From Bacteroidota bacterium (GTDB taxonomy: Bacteria; Bacteroidota; Ignavibacteria; UBA10030; SZUA-254), in the NCBI GenBank assembly GCA_035495255.1, contig DATJGD010000074.1, positions 318 through 64,317 on the forward strand: a DNA stretch of 64,000 nt, read 5' to 3'. The position numbers were made by a program, and so were the translations under genes. Positions 8,143 through 17,891 of the stretch are shown in pieces (the first letter of the stretch is position 1; every line of letters starts with the position of its first letter). The notes under the pieces are model-generated. The model was not told the DNA's origin. It saw only the letters and a program-made list of their open reading frames with translations, and made no database searches.

Positions 8143-11100
8143 ATGAAACACTTTACCGCGTTGTCAAATGTACCGACCCGAATCAATTTAATCGTTCTTA
8201 TCCTCTCGGCAGTCTTTCTTGCCACCGCCACTTCTGCCGATCTGCAGCAGCAATCCCGGGTTGCGTTCAAGCAGCGCGCCATGGATGCTGCCCAGCAGAT
8301 GAAAGAACTCCGGCAGGCCCTTCAGGTTTCAAAGCAGCACCCGCGAGGCATTTCAGCGGAGCGCGAAGAGGTCGGCATCCGGATCAACAGCAAGACGCAA
8401 ACCTCCTCGACGATCTTCTTCTATGATAACATGGAGAGCGGAACGAACGGCTGGACGACACTCGCGTACACCGGCTCCGATCTCTGGCACCAGACGTCGA
8501 ACAATTGGCTCTCGTCAAGCCACAGCTGGTGGCCGGGCCTCGACGGGCAGTCTAATTACGACAACGGCAGCCGGATCAACGGCGCTGTCATCTCCCCCAC
8601 GATCAATCTCACCGCCGCGGTCGCTCCCATATCCCTCCTCTTTGGAGAAAACTACGCGACCGAGCGTGGCTGGGATTATTGCATGGTCGATGTCAGCACC
8701 GACGCCGGGGCAAACTGGACACACCTGCGGGGTGGCTACGGTTCGGCTCCCGCCGGAAGCAGCGACGGATGGATCATCTCGACACTGGATCTGTCGGCCT
8801 ACGCCGGCCAAAACATTCAGATCAGATTTTATTTTGACACCGGCGACCAGAATTTCAACGAGTTCCCGGGCTGGTTCGTCGACGATGTCGTCATCTTCGA
8901 TCAGGGCGGACAGATTACCGGCAAGAAATTTTTCGATGTTAATAATAACGGCATCAAGGATGTCGGAGAGCGCGGCGTCAAGAACTGGCTTATCACAGCC
9001 GAGGGGCCGATCTCATTGACGACAAAAACGAACTACCGCGGGCGCTACTGGCTCACGCTTCCGTTGGGATCCTACACCGTCTCGGAAACGTTCCAGCCGA
9101 ACTGGACACAGACCTATCCGCTCTCGGGCACCTGGTCGCTCACGCTTTCGACCCCTGATACGCTCATCGACAGCGTGCATTTCGGCAATTACATCAACGC
9201 AAGCTTCATCAACGGCAGGAAGTTCCACGATCTCGATAAGGACGGCGCGTTCAACAACGCCGACACATTGATCCCTGAGTGGAAGATCCTTCTCTGCGAT
9301 ACCAACGGCGTCCAGCTTGACTTCGACCGCACTGATTCACTCGGCGAATACTCGCTCTACATTTTCGAGCCGGGAACGTACGTCGTGAAAGAAGTAGAAC
9401 GGAACGGATGGGTACAATCCGCGCCCGTAACAGAGACCTACAAGATTACGATCCCCGACCTTAATACCGACAGCAACGGCAATGATTTCGGAAACTACTA
9501 TTCTCCGTTGACGAACTCCATCCTCGGAATGAAGTTCAACGACCGCGACAGAAGCCATTCATTTACAGCGGGAGAGGAAGGAGTCGAAGGATTCAAGATA
9601 CAATTGTACAAGAAGGGCAACGGCAACAATTACAACCTGTACAAGACGAGGACAACCGACAGCAGCGGGATGTATCAGTTCTCCAGCCTGCCTGCCGATA
9701 CCTACCGGGTCAAGGAAATCCCCCGCCAGGGTTGGTGGCAGTCGTATCCCGACTCGTCGTGGTCGCTTACCCTCAACGACGGCGAAACGCTTGACAGCGT
9801 CGACTTCGGAAATTACGAGATCGTCACCGGATCGGTGAGCGGGCTGAAGTATAACGACCTCAACGATAACGGAAGCATGGATACGAACGAAACGGGACTC
9901 CAGGGCTGGAATATTCTTCTGACCGGGTCGACATATTTTAACGCGTCGGTGAGCCAGTCGTTGTACACCGACGGGAACGGCAACTACTCTTTCAGCGGCA
10001 TTTGGCCCGGCAGCTATGTCGTGAGCGAAGTGTGGCACTCAGGATGGAGACAGACCGAACCTGCGAATCTGGGGCCCCATTTTGTTAACCTCGATGTTGA
10101 GGAAAACAGAACCGGTGTAAATTTCGGGAATGTCCAGGACAGCACGTTCAGCGTGTCGTTCAGAACGTTCAAACCTGAGAGCCTCGCATTTGCCCTCGAC
10201 CTCAAAGGCAAGCATAAACCTGTTCTCACAAAGGCGATCAATACGCAATTCTGGGAAACTATCAGGAACACATATCCGGATTCAGCGATAAGCGCCCGGA
10301 TCAAGTTTAAGTATGCGTACCAGCCCGGTACGCTTGTCGTCCGGCCCGGAGTTACGATAACGCCGGTGAGCGATAAGAACAAGGTAATCGACCTGACATT
10401 CTCTCCTGCATTACAGCCCAACGATACCGTAACGGTTTCCGGATTTACCAAGAAGGCTGTCGTGTGGGTCGACCCCGTGTATACGTTGAACTTTAACGAC
10501 TCATCAAAGAGCGGGAATTGGTGGTCGCACACGGCATACATGAGATCCGCAATGCCGAACGCCGTCAACTTGCTCGAAAAGGTCGGGGTCGGATTGAAGG
10601 TTGGGCTTGGCGGTCCGCACAGCGTGGTTCATTTGGGCTGGAAGAACGTCATTAGTTCGTTGTTCATAAAGCCCGATCGAATTCATATCGGCGATCCGCG
10701 TTGTCTCGATTTCTACGCGGGCACAACGAAGTCTATCAAGAAGCAGCAAAAATATCTTACACCGACAAAAGGAAACAACAAACTGTTTTCCGAGCTGATC
10801 GCGCTGCAGGCGAATATTCGCGGAAGCGACCTGCTTGTTCTGCCCGGCGGATTCGGCAATCTTGTTTTTGACGATACGACCGGCGGCGGTACCCAGATAA
10901 ATGGACTGACGATACGGGAAATCGCCGCCAAAGCAGACAGCTTCATGTCGTCGTATAAAGATACCGTGCCGGCAATCCCGTGCAACATGCCCGAAGGCCT
11001 GGCAACATATACCGTGAACCAGCTGTACGAAAAGATCCGCATGATCGACAGCGTCTTCTCAGGTCCGGTCGATACGGTCAGCTTCTCGGGGAGCGGCGGA

Positions 11101-11520
11101 CTGAAATTTACGCCGGTGGCCCCCCTCTCATCGGTTCCGTTCCTGCGGTTCGATCCGCTTGCAGCGCAGCGGGCAGGATTCATTTCCTTGCCGCCGCAAA
11201 CCGGGTACGCGGTACCGGATGTCTTCGCGCTGAACCAGAATTATCCGAACCCGTTCAATCCGACGACGACGATTTCATTCACCTTAAGCCAGCCATCGCT
11301 CGTGACGGTGAGAGTCTACAATATCCTGGGCCAGGAGGTCGCGACGTTGGTCAGCCGGCAGGAAATGGAGGACGGCGATCAGGAGGTGGAGTTTAACGCG
11401 AACAATCTGCCGTCGGGCGTTTACTTCTGCCGGCTCGTCGCGGAAGGAATTCCGGACGATGACGAAGGGATCACGGCAACAACGTTTACGGCGATAAAGA
11501 AGATGTTGCTCGTAAAATAA
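8143..11520 (+). CDS. T9SS-sorted giant surface protein: MAM-like N-domain, ~7 SdrD-B/Cna-B-type repeats, conserved unknown C-region, T9SS C-terminal domain
   Basis: signal peptide; N-domain ends GWFVDDVVIF (MAM-like GxIAIDDI ending); repeats with DxNxNGxxDxxE (FFDVNNNGIKDVGE, FHDLDKDGAFNNAD, YNDLNDNGSMDTNE); C-terminal NYPNPFNPTTTISFTL..YNILGQEV..KKMLLVK = T9SS (Por) CTD. Confidence 0.85.
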   Translation: MKHFTALSNVPTRINLIVLILSAVFLATATSADLQQQSRVAFKQRAMDAAQQMKELRQALQVSKQHPRGISAEREEVGIRINSKTQTSSTIFFYDNMESGTNGWTTLAYTGSDLWHQTSNNWLSSSHSWWPGLDGQSNYDNGSRINGAVISPTINLTAAVAPISLLFGENYATERGWDYCMVDVSTDAGANWTHLRGGYGSAPAGSSDGWIISTLDLSAYAGQNIQIRFYFDTGDQNFNEFPGWFVDDVVIFDQGGQITGKKFFDVNNNGIKDVGERGVKNWLITAEGPISLTTKTNYRGRYWLTLPLGSYTVSETFQPNWTQTYPLSGTWSLTLSTPDTLIDSVHFGNYINASFINGRKFHDLDKDGAFNNADTLIPEWKILLCDTNGVQLDFDRTDSLGEYSLYIFEPGTYVVKEVERNGWVQSAPVTETYKITIPDLNTDSNGNDFGNYYSPLTNSILGMKFNDRDRSHSFTAGEEGVEGFKIQLYKKGNGNNYNLYKTRTTDSSGMYQFSSLPADTYRVKEIPRQGWWQSYPDSSWSLTLNDGETLDSVDFGNYEIVTGSVSGLKYNDLNDNGSMDTNETGLQGWNILLTGSTYFNASVSQSLYTDGNGNYSFSGIWPGSYVVSEVWHSGWRQTEPANLGPHFVNLDVEENRTGVNFGNVQDSTFSVSFRTFKPESLAFALDLKGKHKPVLTKAINTQFWETIRNTYPDSAISARIKFKYAYQPGTLVVRPGVTITPVSDKNKVIDLTFSPALQPNDTVTVSGFTKKAVVWVDPVYTLNFNDSSKSGNWWSHTAYMRSAMPNAVNLLEKVGVGLKVGLGGPHSVVHLGWKNVISSLFIKPDRIHIGDPRCLDFYAGTTKSIKKQQKYLTPTKGNNKLFSELIALQANIRGSDLLVLPGGFGNLVFDDTTGGGTQINGLTIREIAAKADSFMSSYKDTVPAIPCNMPEGLATYTVNQLYEKIRMIDSVFSGPVDTVSFSGSGGLKFTPVAPLSSVPFLRFDPLAAQRAGFISLPPQTGYAVPDVFALNQNYPNPFNPTTTISFTLSQPSLVTVRVYNILGQEVATLVSRQEMEDGDQEVEFNANNLPSGVYFCRLVAEGIPDDDEGITATTFTAIKKMLLVK

Positions 11521-11541
11521 GAACTTTACCTTGGAGATCAG

Positions 11542-13809
11542 ATGCCCGCATATTTGATCGATCGGAAGACAATACTTGCAATCGCGGGGATGATAGTTCT
11601 CATCCCTGCGATGCTGTTCGCCCAGAAGACATCGCGAACTGCGGCTCAACTGCGTTCGCTGGAGCACGAACACTCCGAAGGCACATACATCACCGTCCCC
11701 ACATCGCAGCAGAAGCTCTCGCCTGCGTTCACACTCTCCTCCTCACGGTTTTTTATGACGCAGGTAAACGTCGCCGGCGGCGCGAACATCTTGGGCGATG
11801 CCGCGAACGAACCGTCGATCGCCATCGATCCGAACGATTCGAACAGAATAGCGATCGGTTGGCGGCAGTTCAATACTGTGGCGGATAATTTCAGGCAGGC
11901 GGGCTGGGGATATTCCACCAACGGAGGACAGACCTGGACATTCCCCGGGGTTATCGAGCCCGGCATTTTTCGCTCAGATCCCATTCTTGAAGCCGATGCG
12001 AACGGAAATTTCTACTATAATAGCCTTACCACCAAGCGAAGCAATTTTTCCTGTGATGTTTACAAATCGACGAATGGCGGGGCGGCGTGGGACACGGGCC
12101 ATCAGGCATGGGGAGGGGACAAAGCATGGATGGTGATCGACCGGACGGATACAGTGGGCAAAGGAAACATTTACTCTTTCTGGACTCCCGGAGTGGGGCC
12201 GAGCATCTGCCCGACCGGTTCCTTCACACGCTCGACAGATGACGACGAAACGTATGAAGCCTGCTCGATCATTCCCGGTTCGCCGTTCTGGGGAACAATG
12301 GCGATCAAAAACAACGGGACGCTGTTCATCGGCGCTCACGGCGATACGAGCTTCATCGTCACCAAATCGACTTCTGCCCGCGACTCCGGAGCGACCGTCA
12401 CGTGGGACACTCTCGCCCCGGTGAACCTGGATGGCGACATTGTCTACGGTTCAGCGCCGAATCCGGGGGGGATTGCGGGACAGACCTGGATCGCGATCGA
12501 CAATTCTTCCGGCCCGACAAAGGGCAATATCTACCTTCTCTGTTCCGTTCAGCGGAAGTCCACTTCAGATCCCCTCGACGTCATGCTCGCGCGAAGCGTT
12601 GACGGCGGATTGACGTGGGGGCCCCCTGTCCGCATCAACGACGATACAAGTTCGACCGCGATGCAATGGTTCGGCACGCTGGCGGTCGCGCCGAACGGGC
12701 GCATCGACGTGATCTGGCTCGACACGCGCGACAATCCCGGAACCGTGATGTCTTCGTTGTATTATTCGTTTTCGAACGACGGCGGACTATCCTGGTCGAC
12801 CAACGAACGGCTGTCGGGTTCCTTCGACCCGCACGTCGGCTGGCCGCAGCAAAATAAGATGGGTGACTATTTCCACATGATCTCCGAGAACGACGGCCCG
12901 CGGTTTGCCTGGGCGGCGACGTTCAACAACGAACAGGATGTCTACTTCGGGCGCATCAATGAAAGCTCCGGAGCGGTTGGAGGCACCAGGATCATCGTCG
13001 CAGGTGGATGGAATCTTCTCTCGGTGCCCGTCACTGTGGGGAATTACGCAAAGGCCACCCTCTTCCCTACGTCGACATCAAGCGCTTTTTGGTTCGATGG
13101 GAACGCGTACGCACAGCAAGACACGCTGGCGAACGGCCTTGGCTACTGGCTCAAGTTCGCTAACCCGGAATCCGTCATCGTTAACGGAGACCCTATTGCC
13201 AGCGAAACAGTCGGCGTAAGCGCCGGGTGGAATCTTCTTGGAACGATCAGCAGCTCAACTCAGGCAGCAAACATCACATCCTCTCCTCCGGGCATCGTCA
13301 CATCACAATTTTTTGGCTACAACGGACAATATTTCAGCTCGGCGAACCTGCTTCCCGGAAGAGGATATTGGGTAAAGACAGACCAGGCGGGAAGCCTTAC
13401 GATTTCGAGCTCTTCGGCGATGCAGACCGCGGCATCTATCCGCATTGTGCAAACATCGGAGCTGCCACCGGTGCCTCCGGATAGAGGCCCGGCCTCAGGC
13501 GCCCCTTCAGTATTCCGGCTTGAACAGAATTATCCCGACCCATTCAACCCATCGACGAAAATCTCGTTTACACTCAGCCATCCTTCCGTTGTCACCATTA
13601 CGCTCTATGATATTCTCGGACGCCAGGCTGCGGTGATCATGGAGAGAAAGCTAATGAATGAAGGGACCCATGAGATCACCTTCGATGCTGGAAATCTTGC
13701 CTCCGGCATCTATTTCTACCATCTGTCCGCGAACGGACAGCCTGGTTCCGCTGATGGATATTCTGCGGAGAATTATACGGCGGTCAAAAAGATGGTCCTC
13801 TTGAGGTAG
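11542..13809 (+). CDS. T9SS-sorted BNR/sialidase-like beta-propeller protein with GWN..GYWVK module
   Basis: signal peptide; Asp-box motifs (YSTNGGQTW, YKSTNGGAAW, RSVDGGLTW, FSNDGGLSW); duplicated GWNLL..GYW(L/V)K module at 13004-13410; NYPDPFNPSTKISFTL..KKMVLLR T9SS CTD; starts 22 nt after the 8143 gene. Confidence 0.8.
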   Translation: MPAYLIDRKTILAIAGMIVLIPAMLFAQKTSRTAAQLRSLEHEHSEGTYITVPTSQQKLSPAFTLSSSRFFMTQVNVAGGANILGDAANEPSIAIDPNDSNRIAIGWRQFNTVADNFRQAGWGYSTNGGQTWTFPGVIEPGIFRSDPILEADANGNFYYNSLTTKRSNFSCDVYKSTNGGAAWDTGHQAWGGDKAWMVIDRTDTVGKGNIYSFWTPGVGPSICPTGSFTRSTDDDETYEACSIIPGSPFWGTMAIKNNGTLFIGAHGDTSFIVTKSTSARDSGATVTWDTLAPVNLDGDIVYGSAPNPGGIAGQTWIAIDNSSGPTKGNIYLLCSVQRKSTSDPLDVMLARSVDGGLTWGPPVRINDDTSSTAMQWFGTLAVAPNGRIDVIWLDTRDNPGTVMSSLYYSFSNDGGLSWSTNERLSGSFDPHVGWPQQNKMGDYFHMISENDGPRFAWAATFNNEQDVYFGRINESSGAVGGTRIIVAGGWNLLSVPVTVGNYAKATLFPTSTSSAFWFDGNAYAQQDTLANGLGYWLKFANPESVIVNGDPIASETVGVSAGWNLLGTISSSTQAANITSSPPGIVTSQFFGYNGQYFSSANLLPGRGYWVKTDQAGSLTISSSSAMQTAASIRIVQTSELPPVPPDRGPASGAPSVFRLEQNYPDPFNPSTKISFTLSHPSVVTITLYDILGRQAAVIMERKLMNEGTHEITFDAGNLASGIYFYHLSANGQPGSADGYSAENYTAVKKMVLLR

Positions 13810-13992
13810 CTGTAACCTATTGTCACGGCACCGCTTGCCCCGTGGACCCGCTCGACCCGCCGGGCACGTTGATTCCCGCCTGAAAGCTCCATACATTTAG
13901 ATGCGCCTTGCAATTCAGCCATTATCCCATCACGCGCTGAACTTGTCCCTTTCCAACCATTCACCAGAATATATTCCGTCAAGGAGGGTGTC

Positions 13993-16900
13993 ATGACGAC
14001 CTCTTGTGCTGCATTCCATAAATATGCTGAAGATCTGTTCTTGAAGATCATTTGCCTGCTTGTTTTCATCACAGCGGGATATTCAGTTTCTTCCGCAGCT
14101 GAGGCACGATTGCAGTCTCGCGGTACGGAAAATCGCGCCGCCGCCGCCGCACGTCAGCTTCGGGATTACAACAATCGCATCGCAAACGGGAAATCGGACG
14201 CATTCAGCCGGCCAAGCCAATCCTCGCGGCCGCCATTTAATAACATCGCCGCTTCATCGTCGACGATCTTCTTCTTCGACGACATGGAAAGCGGGACGAG
14301 CGGTTGGACCGTCGGAACTCATACCGACAGCGCGGTCTGGCATCAATCGACTCTTGCAGCCAACTCGCCGACACACAGCTGGTGGGCCGGCATAGAGGCT
14401 CAGGGAAATTACAACACCGGCACGCGAGTTTCAGAGCGGCTGATCTCGCCCCCCATCCCGCTCACAGGAAGCGTGGGAAGCGTATCCGTATTGTTCACGG
14501 AGAATTATGTGACCGAGCGGGGCTGGGATTTTTGCATGGTCGACGTGTCGACTGACGGCGGCTCCTCATGGGTTCATCTGCGCGGAGCTTACGGGTCTTC
14601 TCCTTCCGGCGACAGTTACGGCTGGAAGGTCTCTTCGCTTGATCTTACTCCGTACGCCGGCCAGACCGTCAATCTGAGCTTCTTCTTCGATACCGGCGAC
14701 TCGATTTTCAACGCGTTCCCGGGCTGGTTCGTCGATAATGTCGCGGTGTTCGACCAGTCAGGCATCGTGGGAGGGATGGTTTACCTCGACATGAACCAGG
14801 ACGGTGTGTTCCAGGGTGTGGAGGTCGGGCTCGCCGGACGGCCCATTCAAATAGCCGGCCCGGTAACTCTCACGGCCACGACAAACGACGACGGCACGTA
14901 CGCACTGCGGCTCCCGCTCGGCTCCTATGATATCTCCGAGATTGTCCCTTCTCCATGGATACTCACCTCGAGCCCTGCCTCGTGGAACGCGAATCTCACG
15001 GTTCCCGATCAGACGATTAATAACCTGTCGTTCGGCAATTACAGATCGGGTAGCCTTCTCAGCGGTACTGTCTTCGACGACATCAACATGGATGGCGTGA
15101 AGGATATCAGCGATCCGGCGCTCCCCGGCGGATATCTCGAGCTCAGGGACTCGCTGGATGATTTGGTGAGCGATGCGTATACCGATACGTCAGGGGCGTA
15201 CAGCTTTTTTGTCTGGAACAGCGGCACCTATTACGTCGCGCATTATCCGGAGGACGGCTGGGTTTCTACAGTCCCGGGTGGGAGCACTCCAACGTACGCC
15301 GTAGTCGTTCCCTCTACTGACACGCTTATTAACGGACTTCTCTTCGGTGAATTTTTCAATGCGTCGCCCGGCGACTCAGGCATAATTTCGGGATGGGTTT
15401 TCGACGACCTGGACCACAACGGAACGCAGGATGACCGCGAGCCTTTCCTATCGCAACGAGTGATTTCGCTCTATCTTTCCGGGGACTTTTTCAACAATAC
15501 AACCACAGATTCGGCGGGAAAATTTTCCTTTACCCATCTTGCCCCGGGAACATACACCGTAGAGCTTGACCCGCTCTACCGGTGGCAGCAGTCGACACCC
15601 GACAGCTTCTACATATTTGCCCTTGCGTCGGGCCAAACGAGGGACAGTGTCATCTTCGGTTCCTATGAGCTTCCTGCAGGTACGGTCCGGGGAACAGTGT
15701 TCAACGACCTGAACCGGAACGGGCAAAAGGACACGCTTGAACAGGGACTTTCGGGCTGGATCGTCTCCGCGCTGGGGCCGGGCAGCTTTTCTGTCGATGC
15801 GGTAACTGACTCTGCGGGAAGGTATTCGCTGAACAATGTGGTCATCGGCCCTCATACCGTCGCGCTCCACCAGCGGGACCAATGGGCCCAGTCCTCTCCG
15901 CCGGGCTCACCCTGGTCGATTTCTCTTTCGGCGCTCGAAATTAGGGACAGTATTGATTTCGGCGTCTATGCTCTCCTTCCCGGCACGATCACCGGGACTG
16001 TGTTTAACGATGCCGACAAAAATTCCGCACGCGATCCGGGAGAGGGGGGACTCGCCAACATGCAGATCCGGCTTGAGGGGGCGGCAACAGGGACGACGAG
16101 CACCAACGACAGCGGGTACTTTCAATTCACCGGGCTGTGGTCCGGGCCGTACACTGTTCGCCTTATTCCAAGCTCGAACCGCCGCCAGACATTACCCGCC
16201 ATGCTGCTTCCGCACCAGGTAAACCTGGGCGATGAAGAGCATCATGCCGGGACGGACTTCGGCGTCGCCTTCGATTCTACATTCAATATCGTCTTTCGGA
16301 CATTTCTGCCGGAGAGCCTCGCCCTGCCGCATGACAGCAAAGGGAAGACAGGCAAAGCGGAGAAGAAAAAGCCCTATGCAAGCGAGGCGACATTCGATTT
16401 GGTGACGCCTGTGGGAGGGCTCACCGGCCTGCATGTGGAGTTTGGCCAGAACCTTCTGCCGGGAAGCCTGACGATAAATTTCTTTACCTCACAAGTACCT
16501 GACGGAGCCTTGCGAAAGTGGAACTTTGCGATGCCGGGGGACGATACTCTTGGCAGCGGAGATCATGTCGTGATATTTGCCCGGGGCAACAAGGGCAAAA
16601 CCCTTCTGATCTCAAAATATTGGTGGATCAGGGGAGCGGAGAACCCGGCAATCGGAACCCAGGCAGTGCGGTCGACGAGTGGAAACGGAAGGCTCCTGCT
16701 GCTGATGCCGAACACGATGAACATGCTCGATGAGGCGTATGCCCGTTTGGGGAATTTGAGCCCTCTCACCATCGGCCTCGGCGGTGCGCACTCGGTCTTC
16801 CAGGTAAAGTCGGCAGACGTCTGGAAATCGCTTCTCGACAAGCACGGGATGCACATCGGCCCACCGAGATGTCTCGGAGTCTATGCAACCACCCTGAAAC

Positions 16901-17655
16901 CGATCTCCCGGTTTATTAAGACCCTGCCCCCGACAAAAGGGAATAATGTGATGTTTGCGGAAATGCTCGCCCTCAAGGTCAACCTGCTCGCAAGCGAACT
17001 CTGGTTAACGCCGCCCGGACTCGGATATCTGCGGTTTGACGAAGGCTCTGCGAACAGATTTAACGGATTGAACATTTACCAAATCGCCGGACAACTCGAC
17101 ACCGCGATGTCTTCGTTCGACGACATTTCCAAAACCTGCCTTTATGACAACGCGTTTTTCGACGAGGCATACCGCACGATCCGCATGATCGATTCGGCGT
17201 TTTCAGGTCCGTTCGATACGCTCTCCTACGCGAGTGTCATGAATCTGACGCCGGTGCGGAATTTGTCGGATGTCGGATTTTTACACCTCGATAGCAGCGC
17301 CGCTTCTGCGGCCGCTCACCTCCGCCTGAACGCGAAGGCCGCTCCGCTGCCGGAAGTTTTTCGCCTTGAACAAAATTACCCGAACCCGTTCAATCCCACG
17401 ACGACGATCGCGTTTACGCTGCCGCAACCCTCCCTCGTCACCCTTACCGTCTATAATATACTTGGGCAGGAAGTGGCGAGCCTCCTGAACCGGGAGGAAA
17501 TGGATGACGGCGATCAGGAAGTTGCGTTCGACGCAGGCAGCTTATCCTCGGGCGTGTATTTCTATCACCTGAAGACGGAAGTCATGACAGATGAGGATCA
17601 GAAGATCGTGGGACAAACGTTTTCGGCGGTACGGAAGATGCTGTTGGTGAAGTAA
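13993..17655 (+). CDS. T9SS-sorted giant surface protein, paralog of 8143..11520
   Basis: same architecture and colinear motifs (STIFFFDDMESGTSGWT; GWFVDNVAVF; SdrD-B repeats FDDINMDGVKDISD, FDDLDHNGTQDDRE, FNDLNRNGQKDTLE; C-region GLGGAHSV..PTKGNN; NYPNPFNPTTTIAFTL..RKMLLVK). Confidence 0.85.
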   Translation: MTTSCAAFHKYAEDLFLKIICLLVFITAGYSVSSAAEARLQSRGTENRAAAAARQLRDYNNRIANGKSDAFSRPSQSSRPPFNNIAASSSTIFFFDDMESGTSGWTVGTHTDSAVWHQSTLAANSPTHSWWAGIEAQGNYNTGTRVSERLISPPIPLTGSVGSVSVLFTENYVTERGWDFCMVDVSTDGGSSWVHLRGAYGSSPSGDSYGWKVSSLDLTPYAGQTVNLSFFFDTGDSIFNAFPGWFVDNVAVFDQSGIVGGMVYLDMNQDGVFQGVEVGLAGRPIQIAGPVTLTATTNDDGTYALRLPLGSYDISEIVPSPWILTSSPASWNANLTVPDQTINNLSFGNYRSGSLLSGTVFDDINMDGVKDISDPALPGGYLELRDSLDDLVSDAYTDTSGAYSFFVWNSGTYYVAHYPEDGWVSTVPGGSTPTYAVVVPSTDTLINGLLFGEFFNASPGDSGIISGWVFDDLDHNGTQDDREPFLSQRVISLYLSGDFFNNTTTDSAGKFSFTHLAPGTYTVELDPLYRWQQSTPDSFYIFALASGQTRDSVIFGSYELPAGTVRGTVFNDLNRNGQKDTLEQGLSGWIVSALGPGSFSVDAVTDSAGRYSLNNVVIGPHTVALHQRDQWAQSSPPGSPWSISLSALEIRDSIDFGVYALLPGTITGTVFNDADKNSARDPGEGGLANMQIRLEGAATGTTSTNDSGYFQFTGLWSGPYTVRLIPSSNRRQTLPAMLLPHQVNLGDEEHHAGTDFGVAFDSTFNIVFRTFLPESLALPHDSKGKTGKAEKKKPYASEATFDLVTPVGGLTGLHVEFGQNLLPGSLTINFFTSQVPDGALRKWNFAMPGDDTLGSGDHVVIFARGNKGKTLLISKYWWIRGAENPAIGTQAVRSTSGNGRLLLLMPNTMNMLDEAYARLGNLSPLTIGLGGAHSVFQVKSADVWKSLLDKHGMHIGPPRCLGVYATTLKPISRFIKTLPPTKGNNVMFAEMLALKVNLLASELWLTPPGLGYLRFDEGSANRFNGLNIYQIAGQLDTAMSSFDDISKTCLYDNAFFDEAYRTIRMIDSAFSGPFDTLSYASVMNLTPVRNLSDVGFLHLDSSAASAAAHLRLNAKAAPLPEVFRLEQNYPNPFNPTTTIAFTLPQPSLVTLTVYNILGQEVASLLNREEMDDGDQEVAFDAGSLSSGVYFYHLKTEVMTDEDQKIVGQTFSAVRKMLLVK

Positions 17656-17891
17656 GTTGCCCAACTATCGCTAGTACCTAATACTCGCAATATCACCCCG
17701 GCAGGAGATACGTTCCGGCTCCTGCCGGCTGTACGTTGACATTTCTAAGTGTCCCAATTGCATGGAGGATGCGGATTGGGCCTGTTCGCCTGCCTTTTTA
17801 CACTTTTTAACTCCGCCCGCTGAACCCAATTCGACACTCTTCCGTATACACTATAAATATTTCCTAACGCGGACCATTATGAGGGGCTGTC

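Noticed and set aside
8423-9019. 198-aa Ser/Thr/Arg-rich ORF, plus many similar 60-180-aa ORFs inside the large genes (e.g. 15448..15882, 25726..26385, 33051..33932, 40063..41568)
   Set aside because: These are alternative-frame or antisense ORFs within well-supported genes. Their composition is biased and they have no motifs. They are frame shadows.
17697-17730. CCGGCAGGAG...CTCCTGCCGG hairpin after the 13993..17655 gene
   Set aside because: Perfect 10-bp stem but no downstream T-tract. It may be a stability element or Rho-dependent site and was not called as an intrinsic terminator.
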